A stretch of 60,338 nt of DNA, the filler included, from Basidioascus undulatus (Eukaryota), in NCBI GenBank assembly GCA_000826855.1. It is 5 parts of 5 records of this genome, joined end to end, with 100 filler letters (N's around TTAATTAATTAA, not from the genome) between each part and the next. Parts side by side here need not be neighbours in the genome. Positions count along the whole stretch, not along the records: positions 36,298 to 48,268 come from JTLS01000963.1; positions 48,369 to 60,338 come from JTLS01000964.1; 3 more parts are not named here. One strand, given 5' to 3'. Positions 36,917-48,392 of the stretch are shown here, in pieces (the first letter of the stretch is position 1; every line of letters begins with the position of its first letter). A program made the translations under genes and the position numbers. A model generated the notes under the pieces. The model ran no database searches. It saw only the letters and a program-made list of their open reading frames with translations, and was not told the origin of the DNA.

Positions 36917-38130
36917 GGGAGGTAGCGCGTACGGCGCACGGGTTTCATGGTTTCACACACACGCTGTGATTTCCATTTTTACGGCCGCCCTTCGGCCCGC
37001 GCTTTATATTCTCACTTGTCAACGACTCGTCTCCGTTGTATACCCCCGATCATGTACAGTCTAAAGTGCACCGCATCGTCTTTCGTTCGATCCTCCGTCC
37101 GCTTTCAGATCTTGGTCTTTCTTCGGACGCTGTGTTCTGGACATTCTCAGTATCGGCTCGGCAATTATATTCAGTGCGCTTCTCCCAGTGTTTCTTCGGC
37201 TCGTCCTGTTTGTGTTCTGCCTTTAGCCCCTCCCTTGGCATTGGTCGCCGTTGTTGTCTGTTCCTCTTCCTTTGCTTGGGACTCTTGTCAATTGATACCG
37301 TATAGCTAGTTGTCTGTGTCGATTGTGTTGGTCATTGATCGTTTGCAGTGGTCTGAGGGTTATGGAAAATCTGTACATGCGGTCGTCTTTCAGTTGCTCC
37401 TGCCTAATTGGATTTCCATCGGTTGAACGGTTGGATCGCCGCGTTGCATCGTCGTGCGCGCTGAGGGAAATCGAATCTCGACATTTCGATGCGGTCAGGA
37501 CTAGGGACGTCTTCGAGAGTCGATAGCTGGTATGGGAGCCTTAAAGGTCAGGACACTTCTTTCATTAAAGGAAGTGTATTCGTTATTCCGGCTGTCAGCA
37601 CGCAGTGTCCTTTGCAGGTTCCCGCTCAGTTCATGGTGACACCCGTCCTGTGGCAGTGCATCCACCCTATACCTTAAACAGAGAACACTTTGAGAGGGGA
37701 TTTTTTTGCTTTCATTCAATCCCTCATTATTGTGCAGTTCATATGAGATAATCTCTAAATCTCATTCGGGAAGGGATGTTGAGTGAGCGGCGTTGAGGTT
37801 CACCAGTTTGCCGTTGGGCAAGGTGCAGGCCGACCGGCATGGTTTCCAAACGAATGGCGATTGTTGCATTGGATTAAGAAGTAGCTAAGAATGCAAATGT
37901 ACAAGGTATGCATTAAGTGATGGACTAAGTGCGAATGTAAAGCGTCCAGAGCGAGCGCAACGACCAAAAGAGGAACGGGGACATGGAGAACTGAGGGCGA
38001 AGCATGGGTTGCCAAATTGAAAGGTCATTCGAAAGGTGGGAAGAGAATGGCCAGTAAGGGAGCAGTGGTAGAGGGGCTCAAAATCCGCCACTTGGGGAGG
38101 CACCGGGAAAGACTGCGCAGTCCAGGGGCT

Positions 38131-39606
38131 TCACCAGCCTTGACCAGGACCGGGTTTGCCTTCGCAGGTCCACCTGTATTGCATGATTTGATGTCAAGCC
38201 CTCCTAATAGCATCCAAAAAGGGAGAAGGCTTACGTGCTGTCCCGCGTTCTGCAACCCGAACCAACAGACAGATGAGATTGCTGACAGACACGACTGGTA
38301 AAGATAGTTACGGGACGCACCCATAGCTGCCGACGACTTTGTACGCTTCCACGTTCAGGCACTCAGCCACGGTCTGTGCCGCCGCCAAAATGGCTACCAT
38401 GTCAGGCACGCCCAACTGAAAGTACGGCTGACAAGCATGTCTGGGTCTCGCACCTGCAAGTTCTTCCCCTTCTCCCACTTGAGCGAGGACACCGCAGGTG
38501 GAATGACCTGAAAGACGGTGGACCAGATAGTTTCGTGGTTGAGCACGTTGCGGGGCCGCCAGTTGTTCCCAACGTCGGCGTAGAGCGCCGACGACTCTGC
38601 CGGGCTCCGACCGACCGCGTCTCCCGAGTCGTCCGACCAGGTGACGACGGTCAAGCCCCAGCGCTGGAGAAGAGAACCCACCTCATCAAGTCACGATCAC
38701 AAGTGAAGAATGAGTGAAACGTCAGACCTGGTTCAGGTGCTGCAAGGCCCAGTCTGGGATGTCGCCGAACGGCGGGCGTAGGACGGCGGGGACGACACCA
38801 AGGATCTATATCAGAATGCGCGTTAGCATTCCGGGAGTCTTATGAGCAAGGGCCTTGAGGCTGGCTTACCTTCCAGAGGGCGTCCTCGAGCAGCTGAATC
38901 TGTCGATCGAGGGCTTCGACGTTCAGCGTCGAGATGCTAGGCACGGGGTGTCAGCTTCGTTGGAAGGGAACATTTAGATGGGAGAGCTAGATCACCTGGG
39001 GTGCGACCAAGTGTGTGAGGCGATGAGGTGCCCCGCCTATGTGCGGTAGATATTTAAGCATGGCAAGGCATCTGATGGGGCAGGACGAGGTATCAGGGAT
39101 TACGGACTTCGTAGGCTCTGCGCAAGCGCTGCACGTTGTCCTCGTCATATATGCATCCGTAGTTGTTGCCGTTGACCTGTTATGTTCACGTCTATATGAA
39201 GAAGGAGCATGTAGTGGTATGAGCTGGAAGCGTGCGCACGAAGAAGGACGTCTTGGCTTGGTTGTCACCTGAAAATCACTCGCACTGTGAGCAAGGACAG
39301 AACGCGAGTTCGGAGGGGGTAGCGCACGGAATATGTTAGATGCGTCCTCCGTCCAGTAGTAGGGACCATCATCGAAGGAAATGGCGACACTGTGGGGGCG
39401 AAGAGAGTGGTCGGGAGCAGCCCCGGTGCGTGTGAACAAGCGGCGCAGCCGACGCACTCGTGTGCGCAGTTCGTCTGCAGGCCCCATGCAAAGCGTTTGC
39501 TCAGTTGAGGATCGGTAGCGTTAAAATCCTCTGTTTGACCAAGAGGCGCGGCGTAGGATATCCGGAGGATGGCTGTGATGAAGAGGGCGTATGACAGCTG
39601 CATCAT
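38131..39606 (-). CDS. Secreted chitin/polysaccharide deacetylase (CE4, NodB domain), 10 introns
   Basis: Signal peptide; motifs SFDDGP, HTWSHP, RPPFG, DSGDA, LNHE; C-terminus TVAECL..RDSTWTCEGKPGPGQGW*. Manual splicing is in frame throughout. Confidence 0.92.
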
Positions 39607-40574
39607 TAATAGTCCAGCTGGAGAGAGGGGTACTAGAGGATGAGCGGAACGAGGGACGGAGAGAAAACGGCAGTGGTTGCGTTGCTGCCTTATACACCGT
39701 CATTGGAGAGCGGACCATGATGCTTTGCTGCCTGAGAAGTCTATGAGGACGGCGCAGACCATAAAAAGCCACGAGGCGTGAATGTCAACGTAGACGTCCG
39801 CTCCAATTCCCACCTCTCAACGCCCTACACAGACGCGGGCACCGAGAGCAAAGCCCGGCCAAGGTCGTACAAGGTAAAGAGGCACGCAGGTGGGCGGGTG
39901 CCAAGACCAGGTCGATTGCGCATCGGCAACGTTCAGTCAGTTCGTCCGCACGTCCGCACTGTCACTTCAGTTGCCCCACTCAATCTGGCGCTGTTTCCGG
40001 ATCCGTGTGTGAGGCTGTTATAGTTCCAGCTCAGTCACACCTTGAGCACAGCCCAACGCCTTGAGAACGACAGGTCGAACATATGATCAGGCAGCAAAGC
40101 GATCAATCTTCAGCTGCTCCATGGTGAGCGCGTGACCGCCTGAACTATGTTCATTTTTTTCAGGCCGGTGATACGAGGGTTCAAGCATTCACTTGATGAT
40201 GAATACAATTCGGTTGGAAACACATTCTACAGAGGGAATACAACCATCTTCTCAGCGTATCCCGTCGTTGCCTTAACATACATATGGGTGGGTCGACCGA
40301 GGGAGCAAGTAACCCAGCTCAGCTTGACTTAGGAGAGAACCAACACAGTCACCGGCTTGTATAGGCATATCAAAAGATTTCAAGGCTGTCCTTTCCCTTG
40401 CTGTTCCGCCATCGGTGCGATCTGGCTCAAACTGTAGCCCGGTCGGCGCCATTTTCATCTAGTACATGTTTGTCTCTTCGAAGTCCAACGCGTGAAAATT
40501 GACAGAAAGTTCAAAGAAAGGCATTAACTGCGCGCAATACGTAATCCGGTCCGATTTCCGTAATCCACAGACCT

Positions 40575-41494
40575 CTAGAAGCGCACAACGACCTTGACAC
40601 CGCTCACGCCCTTCCTGTTCTGCTCCAGCGCTTCCTCAATGTTCTCGAGCCCCTGCAAGGTCTCGAAGCGGTTCGGCTTGAGCTCGCCGCTCTCGAGGAG
40701 ACCCTTGACCGCGCCCCAGAACGGCACAGACACGTCTCGGAACGTGTGGCTGCTACCGTAGATCGCCCGCGTCTTCTCGCTCTCCGGATTCGGCCCGAGG
40801 ACGGTGACGAGCTTGCCATCTGGATTGGACGCGAGCAGCTCAAGCCCGAAGGACTGCGTCTCCGGGGAGGAGATCGCGTCGTAGACGACGCTGAGGGAAG
40901 GTGCGAGCTCTGAGAGCGTCGAGGCCGAGACGTCGCGCGGGAAGACGTGGGTCGCGCCAAGAGACTTGAGGTACGACTCGTGCGCGGCGGAAGAGGTGGT
41001 AAGGATCGCGCTGAAGCCGGCCAGGCGGGCAAACTGGATCACTGCAGACGCGGCCGGAACTCTATCAGCCAACGGCACGAGGAAGACGTCTGGTCTATGC
41101 GTACCGTATTGCCCGACGCTCGAGCTCCCACCAAGGACAACAATCGGCTTGCCCTTTCCCGCTTTCTCTCCCGCGAAAGGATGCGGGATGCCTGCGCCCG
41201 AGGCGTGGAACAAGCCAACGAGAGCCGCCAGGGAAGCGACTGGAATGGTAGCGACCTGCTCATCGGAGAAGTTGTCGGGAATCTGAACGGGGCCAAGAGG
41301 CATGTCAACTTTTGATAAAAGTAAGTACGCCTCTTCTCTATCAGTGCGTCGGTGTGACGGACGCACCTTCGACGCGATGTCCGCAGGGACAACGGCGTAT
41401 TCCTGGAACGTCGTCTCATCCGGATTCGCGTAGAGACCCTGGAAGAAGCTTTATCGCACTGCTTCTCCGGCAGGATGGCTGCTTTGTGAGACAT
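40575..41494 (-). pseudogene. MDR enoyl-reductase-like gene lacking most of the N-terminal GroES domain
   Basis: MSHKAAILPEKQ is followed after 11 nt by FFQG..TFQEYAVV. The NPxDWK/GxDxAG/GDRV segment is absent. The downstream part (LGGSSSVGQY, GVSGVKVVV) is intact. Confidence 0.75.
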
Positions 41495-42079
41495 GCTGCT
41501 GTATGATGATCGCGGTAAAGAGTGGATGTTTTGATCTAGAGGACGAGTCTCCTTTATATTCCCAGTGTCGTGACGGAGGTTGCTGGAAAGTGCGAGAGGG
41601 GCGAACTGAGTGAGGTGGTGAGCGAGTGCAGGCTGATGATGTGAGCTGAGGACGATGCCGGTATCCGTCGATTCCTGGCGAGAGCGACAACGGCGGCCGC
41701 TTGCGCCATGACTGTGCGAACTTGTGCCAACATCGCCAAGTTCGCGAAATCTGTCTTCAGCAAAGTGGAGGTCCTACATACAGTCGCGTCGAGTCTGTTC
41801 TCAAGATGAATGTGAATTGATGTGAAGGGCGAGCTTGAGGACCGAGACAAAATTTCATGAAGAAAGAAAGGATGTCTGCACCCGCGTGTTCCGGGTGCAG
41901 GACGCCGACAGGATCCCATGATACTCGTGCTCCAGACCTGCGCGAGGCTCAAGGTTGAGGCTTTCCAGCACGCGCATACAGAACAGTGCAACCGAGGTCC
42001 AAGATATTGGTATGCAGCGTATCAATATCAGCCAGAAGAACCGGTTCTGGTCACCTGCGCAGCGACCGCCCTTCCGCCG

Positions 42080-43607
42080 TCACTCCCTCCAAAACGACAA
42101 AGCAGTACTTCGTGACACCCGCGATCCGTCGAGCCGTGCTCGGTCCAGTCCACCTTCTGGAGAGACTGACAGCCTTTCGCGAGATTGCGAATTGCTGTGG
42201 TGCGGATATCGGTCTCGAGGTCGGCGGGAGGTTTGATCGAGATGGTGGGCGATGCTGAGTCCGGTGGGCGATCGAGTACGCGGAGGGCGGTGCCTCATTA
42301 AGGAATGGGTAGTCACTGTCCGAGAAGACGACCTTCAAGCGCTCGAGACGCGCGAGCTGGCGCAGAGCGGTCTTGAACTGGTGTTGGAGAGCGAGTCAAG
42401 CAGTCAACCACGCGGCATTCCGTAGGGATGAACAGGGGCAGAAGTGACCTACCGGCTCATTCTCGACCTGATGATCGTGTGCTGATCGTACTTGATGCCT
42501 AACGTATACTTGAGCTTGAGGTCGAGGTCGAGCAGACGCGGCAACGTCGAGAAGACGTCGCGCAGCTTGTCGCGGCTGATGCCCAGCAGCAGAACATCCA
42601 GCGAATGCAGATTCGGCATACAGCTGAAGATAGCGATGGCCGTTTCGGGGTTGAGACCACTGACAGTGAGAGGTAGCGAAGCGACGGGCAATTCGTGAAG
42701 ATACGCTCGTAGCTCGAGACGCGGGGATTAATCGATAACGAGCGCAAGCGTGGCAAGAGATGTCCATCATCGCCGTCAGGGGGTGCTGTGATGAGCGAAT
42801 CCGCCCAAGAGTCGGTCATGCCGAGGATGACGAGTTCCTCCAGCCCCGAACCTTCTTCGAAGATGCGGCGCACGGCCTGATCGTAAGCCCGCCTCGTCCA
42901 ACTGTTGATGTGCAACGAATCCAACCTAAGCGCCAATCGGCGCAAAGTTGACGCCGACCTCCACGCGACGGAGAAGAAGCTATCGATGAGTGCTTTCGTG
43001 CCGCCTAGCATACCAGGTGCCGCGGGTCCAGGATGGCGATTAGCGAAGCGTGAGATCTGAGATGCCGGTGGGCAGAGCGAAAGATGTAGGCGGGCGCCCT
43101 TGAAAGTCGGACTCGAGTATACGAAGGCAGGGGCGATGGGCGAGAGCGCGACCATTCATCCAGTCGTCCCTGATCTGGGCCGGCCAACACGAGAGCGCGA
43201 CGCACTCGAGGTTCGGCAGCTGCCAAATGACCTCGGCGAGCTTCGGAACGGAGATCGGAAGTACATTGACAGGACCGTGGGCAGTCAAGAATGAGGTCCC
43301 GGGTTCTACTGCGACGGTGATGAACCTGCGGAAAGAAGGAGTGAGCTTCGAGAATAACTTCAAGGAAACGGTACACACGAGACCAAGATGCGCATCCGTG
43401 GCCACCCTCGCAGAGCATTGCTCAGATAATGGAGATCTCCCCCACCGTCGACCCAAACGCCATAAACACGAAATGCGAGCGCCTGGTATACAGAGCAGAA
43501 AGATGAAGAGGTGCCGGAGAGTCTCTTTAGATCCAGGACGCGCAGATAGCCGGCGATCTCGCGGTGAAGCTCGACCGGGAGACTCTCAAAGGCGACGAGG
43601 AGAACAT
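42080..43607 (-). pseudogene. F-box / LRR (RNI-like) protein pseudogene
   Basis: F-box-like FESLPVELHREIAGYLRVLDLKRLSGTS is out of frame with the ATG at 43607. LRR-like LPNLECVAL, LPRLRSLSI, CPSLRYL and MPNLHSLDV lie in different frames (at least 3 frameshifts). Confidence 0.7.
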
Positions 43608-44944
43608 GGTGGATAAATATTCAAAGGCGATCAGCAGTGTGGTGATTTCGTGAGCCGTTGCGAGGTGGGGGTGGGGGTGGGAAGTAAGAAGCAAGAAGCA
43701 TGGGCCGAGGACTTAATTCAATCCGTGCGCTGCTGCTGGCACCCTGGCCTCCCATCGCCAAAAGAAAGAGCATCAGTATCGATTGCCCTTCAATTATTTG
43801 TCCGTGTACTTTCTGAATAAGCTACTTTCACAAAGGATATCGCCTTCCCGGTTGTACCTTTAACCAAGACCAAAAGGAAGGAGTCACCACGGCATTGAAC
43901 GGTTACTTGAGTGCGTACACCACGCGCTTCATTGGCAGAACTGCGGTGCAGGCCAGGTGAAAACAACAAAATAAGAGGCAGGCACAAATGCCCAATGGGG
44001 ACCGATTTGAGGCACGCAGGCTGTTGCGCTGTGACCTGTTCACGACCCACATGGCCAACAATGAAACGTCGCTGCGGGTACAGGTGCAGAGTCCGATTCG
44101 AGAGGTTCGGTGGGTTACTGTGGGAAGGACATGTCCATGCAATGTTTTTATCCTGCAGCCTGGTTATTCCCGATGTGCTTCTCTGGACATTCAAAGTCGA
44201 CATGGGCTGTGACCATCCCCGCTCTTGGAATCACCCATCATAGACCTCGAAAAACTACGTCGCCTATAGTTGGCACATTCAACTTTACTGTCCACGGTGA
44301 CACCAGAGCCAGAAGCAGTCGTACAGGACTTGCACATCGGACCCATCTGAGTCTTTATAAGTAAATTTCCATGATGTTGTAGCTGATGTGACAATACTAC
44401 CTGGTTGCAGAGAACACGGGTGGACATACAAGCGCTTCGTGATTTCCGTCCGCCGGGTTCGATGACTGCCCTGGACCTCTAGACCTGCCTTTCTGTGACG
44501 TTGGAATCTTAGTTCTTGTATAACATTGAAAATTTAATATAAAAACTTCCTCTACATGTGACATGTGCTTGATAAGACGTCAAAGGATGAAGAACTGCTT
44601 CATGCTTGTTGTCAGTCGGTCAAGAAGTCTCTTCATGCAAATTTGGGCAAGTTGTATGTTGCCTTTGAATCTTTGAATTACTCCACCACTATAGCCGAGT
44701 ATAAAAGAACGACCGTCGAATTTCAGGCTTCTTGGTTCTTGCGAAAAGCGTTCTGATGGTGAAGTTGATCGGCGAGATTGGTATCGAGGCCTATGCCCAG
44801 AAGCCCATCATTGAGTGGTGAAACTTTCGCCCAGTTTTTCACAGGTCGACGATGCGATTGAACGCTACACAGTGCATCGGGCGTCGAAGAATATACGAGG
44901 ACATCAAGGCAGGGCAGCAGCACGAAACCATTCAGCTGGTAACG

Positions 44945-44989
44945 TGTATCTCATATATCTCATGTATCTCACATATCTCATATATCTCA
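44945..44989. repeat. Tandem repeat, 5 x 9 bp (YRTATCTCA)
   Basis: tgtatctca tatatctca tgtatctca catatctca tatatctca. Confidence 0.9.
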
Positions 44990-45119
44990 GGTAGAAGACT
45001 CAATCTCTAGCTCATCAAGATTGTAACCACCTGCTTCTACGCAGCTGTCCCACTATCACCCGCCCATACCCGCCATTACCCCTCCCTCGAAACGTCCTCC
45101 TTCCCCACTGCCTCCGTGC

Positions 45120-45813
45120 CTCTCAAAACACCTCAGACCGCCGCCTCCCCGTTCGTCCCCAGCCCAGACAAAACCTCCTTTCCGCCCTTTCCCTCTTCTC
45201 CCAAGATCAGCCTCTATCCCTTAACCCCCGAGTTGGCAGCACGCACGCACCCCGCTCTTCAGAATCTCCTCCGCGTCCTGCGGCAGCGGAACCGACCGCG
45301 GCACTATAGGATCGAGCTTGACTGTGCCTGTGAAGGGGCGCTTCCACTGCGTGGGGGAGGCTTTGTTCAGGTAGAGGGTGAGCGCATGGTGGCCTGCCCG
45401 CGCCCCGAGGAACGATGGGCGCGGTCAGTGGGCGGCGGCTGGAAGATGTCAGAACAAACGCAGCTGACGGACCGACTGAGTACCCTGAGGTGCTGGGGTC
45501 GATTGGGGACTCGAACTCGGCCTTCCCCCCCAAATCATCAGCTACAATCTCCTCCAGAGAGGGTCGGATATCTGACCTCGAACCCGACCGAGGGCACCTT
45601 GATCCCCTCCCTGGCGAGGACGAGGGGCGACCCGAGGTTCACCACGGCGTTGAGGAACGGGAGGTTGATGTCGACCGTGACGCGGGAGGGGCTCTGCTCC
45701 CATGTGTAGAAGGGGTGCTCGGACCGCGTGAGCTGCGGGAGGAGGATGGACGAGCTCGAGCGGTAGTGGCTCGGGCGCCTGGGCGTGGGCGGCGAGGCGG
45801 CGGCGGCGGACAT
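45120..45813 (-). CDS. Small CS-domain (p23/NudC/HSP20-like) protein
   Basis: FYTWEQSPSRVTVDINLP ... FE|AEFESPIDPSTSGYSV|GHHALTLYLNKASPTQWKRPF fits the CS-domain pattern. Introns splice in frame; 3' end approximate. Confidence 0.7.
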
Positions 45814-46379
45814 TCTGGAAGATAGGTATTGAGATGGATGTGGGGTATGTGGGTATGAGAGTGCTGGTGCGGTGGAAGAGATGAGAGTGAGCGTGAGCAG
45901 GCAGAGAACGGGACGGGAAGACACGCCTCGCGGTGTGAAATACGCACGGAGGTTCACATGTTCGTCGTCATTCCGCGACGGCTTGCGGACTCGCCAAGTC
46001 AATCCAACATCGTCGAAAGGGGCGCGCAACACCTTGCCATCTCCTAATAGGCGCTGCGGAAGCGGGTACATGCCGAGTGGCACACAGAAGGCGCGCACAC
46101 ACAGTGAAAAAGAATGAAGCAACAACTACCGACAAGTTTCTTCAAGCAAAGACCTCCCGCAATTCAGTTTACCGTGTCGAGATAATTAACGATAATAATA
46201 TGCCGTTCGTGGGGGAAGAACGGATGGAGGGGTGAAGTGTCCGCTTCGCCGTGAATCATACGCGGCTAGTGAAAAAGGGACAGGGAGAATGGGGGCATGG
46301 ACTACGTCCAGCGAGCCATAGTCTATGGTTCGTTTGCAGTGGGCACTGGGTCGTTGCCTGAGGTGGACATTCACTAGCG

Positions 46380-46620
46380 ATGAATGTCCTCCCAAACACT
46401 GGACGCGGCGGCTTCTGCCGCGCCAGCAGCAGGAAGCAGTAGACAAGATTGTGGATCTATGCATTCAGCATGCCGTGATGGGCAAGACCGCTGTGCGCGC
46501 GGTCAAGTTTGTTGCGACGCCAGTTTTGCGGACCGTCGTGCCCGCTGACAGAAAGGCGTGGACTCGTGCTCGGCGATTTGCGCCCTACTGATAACCGTGA
46601 GCATCTTTTCTTCTTCTCTC
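46380..46620 (+). mobile_element. Possible fossil reverse-transcriptase N-terminal fragment (Gypsy/DIRS-like)
   Basis: LLPRQQQEAVDKIVD..KFVATPVL..V /fs/ RRGLVLGDLRPTDN resembles ...E.V...V..L....SP...V.K...R.V.D.R.LN. Confidence 0.3.
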
Positions 46621-47112
46621 TCCCGTTTCATTGCGCGCAGCAAGCTGGCATACCCTTTCCCCAAGTAACACGCGTTCGACCCCCCAACCGACTACGACCG
46701 TACCTAGCCCCTTCATACCATAAAATCCAGTCGCGTGACGCTTTCCCGCAAAAGCGGTTTGGTGCGGACAGACGCGCTTAATTTACCTTCGCACGGAGCG
46801 TCATTGCGTACCTCCCCATTGATCCGCGCGTAGTTACCTAGTTAGCTCCTGCTGTGGATCTAATGGGGTGCACTGCGGTACTGCGCCATAACTGCCCTCG
46901 CTGCGTGGGGTATCTGTCGGTCAGTTACTGCGAGACCGAAGTTAGTCAGCAAAAGCATGGCCGGATGCGCAGCGGGGCGAAACCCAGGAGGATAATGATC
47001 GGAGCACCCCTGATCCACACTTTGAGGTGTACCGCTGTCCCTACATCCACTCCATGCAGTGTCCAGCGTCCATGCAATGCTCGGCTCAGTGTCGGCCCCT
47101 TCCCCCCACCCT

Positions 47113-48164
47113 CTACGTCCTCGGCTGCTCCTCCAAAATAGCCTTCAACATTTCGCTCCCCCTCCTACCCGCCTCTTCAAACCGCGGCTCAAAGAACCGT
47201 GCAGTCCTCTCAAACCTCTCCCGGTACAGCTCAAAGCTCCCAAAGCTAATCGCCTGGCTCCACCCGCGCGCAGCAACAATAAACTCCGTGTCGTCCGCAC
47301 GGTGGCTCGTGTCGTTGACGGCCGCGTCGAGCGCAGCCTCGAGCCGCGCCGGCGAGCGGAAGAGGTACTCGGCCACGCCGATCCACATGCGGAAGAGGGG
47401 CGTGCCGGCCACGTCGAGATGCGTGAAGGGCCGAATTGAGAGCGCGTGCCAGCAGTCGACCATCGCGAGGAGGGAGAGGTGCGAATTCCGCGGGGGGGAG
47501 GGGGAGGAGGCTGTCGCGGAGGCGGGCCGGTTGAGGGAGAACCGGTCGAGCACGGTATCGGAGAGGAGGATCGGCGTGCGCCCGCCTTCGTCCGCGCCCT
47601 CCGCGCCGTCGTCCGCAAAACCGAACACGGCGCGGCGCGCGGCAAAGACGCGCTCGCGGAGGGTTTGTGCGTCCGCGCGCACCATCAGCTTGAAGAGGTC
47701 CGAGGCGGAGGTGGCGTACTGCTCAATCTGCGCGCGGGCCGAGGGGTTCAGGATCGCCAGGCCCGCGTAGACGTGCCACTTGTTTGCGTAGATCCGGAGC
47801 GCGATGTTGCACTTTACGACTTCGATACCGCCAACGTAGCGGTCGAGCTCCCATGGGTAGGAGGACGACGAGTGCCAGGCCGTGCCCATCCTGGCGGAAC
47901 AACCACCATCAGAACTTCTTTGTCTCCGCGAGGAAAAGAGAAAGCAGGGATGCGAGTGGAGGAAGGAGGGAGGAGAGGGGGGTGTGGAGAAAGGGAAGAG
48001 GAGGGGACGCACGAAAGGAACGCCGCGTGCGTGACCGCCTGCGTGTTGGCCGTGACGAGGTCGTGCTCCTCGTACGAGAGGTACACAAACCTGCTCTTGA
48101 ACCCTGCGAAAATGCGCTCGACCAGCCGCAGTTTGTCGTCCGGCGCGCGGTGCTGGATCAGGAT
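47113..48164 (-). CDS. TYR1: Prephenate dehydrogenase, 3' part
   Basis: YLSYEEHDLVTANTQAVTHAAFLS|MGTAW, YVGGIEVVK, RIYANKWHVYAGLAILNP, NSHLSLLAMVDCW, TPLFRMWIGVAEYLF, DDTEFIVAARGWS. Confidence 0.93.
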
Positions 48165-48268
48165 CTGTCCGTGTCCTCAATTGCCCCGCATGTCAGCTTC
48201 TTGCCCCGTCTATGTAGAAGGAGACTCGGGGGGGGGGAAGGAGTGGAGGGGGAGAAGGATGACGCACC

Positions 48269-48368
48269 NNNNNNNNNNNNNNNNNNNNNNNNNNNNNNNN
48301 NNNNNNNNNNNNTTAATTAATTAANNNNNNNNNNNNNNNNNNNNNNNNNNNNNNNNNNNNNNNNNNNN
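48269..48368. other. Artificial contig-joining spacer
   Basis: N44-TTAATTAATTAA-N44. Confidence 0.98.
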
Positions 48369-48392
48369 TTTCACCCCCTCCCCCCCTTTTAG

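Noticed and set aside
44394..44480. ATACTACCTGG (U1 5'-end-like) and a nearby GGTTCGA B-box-like motif
   Set aside because: No U1 stem-loops or Sm site, and no tRNA cloverleaf can be folded.
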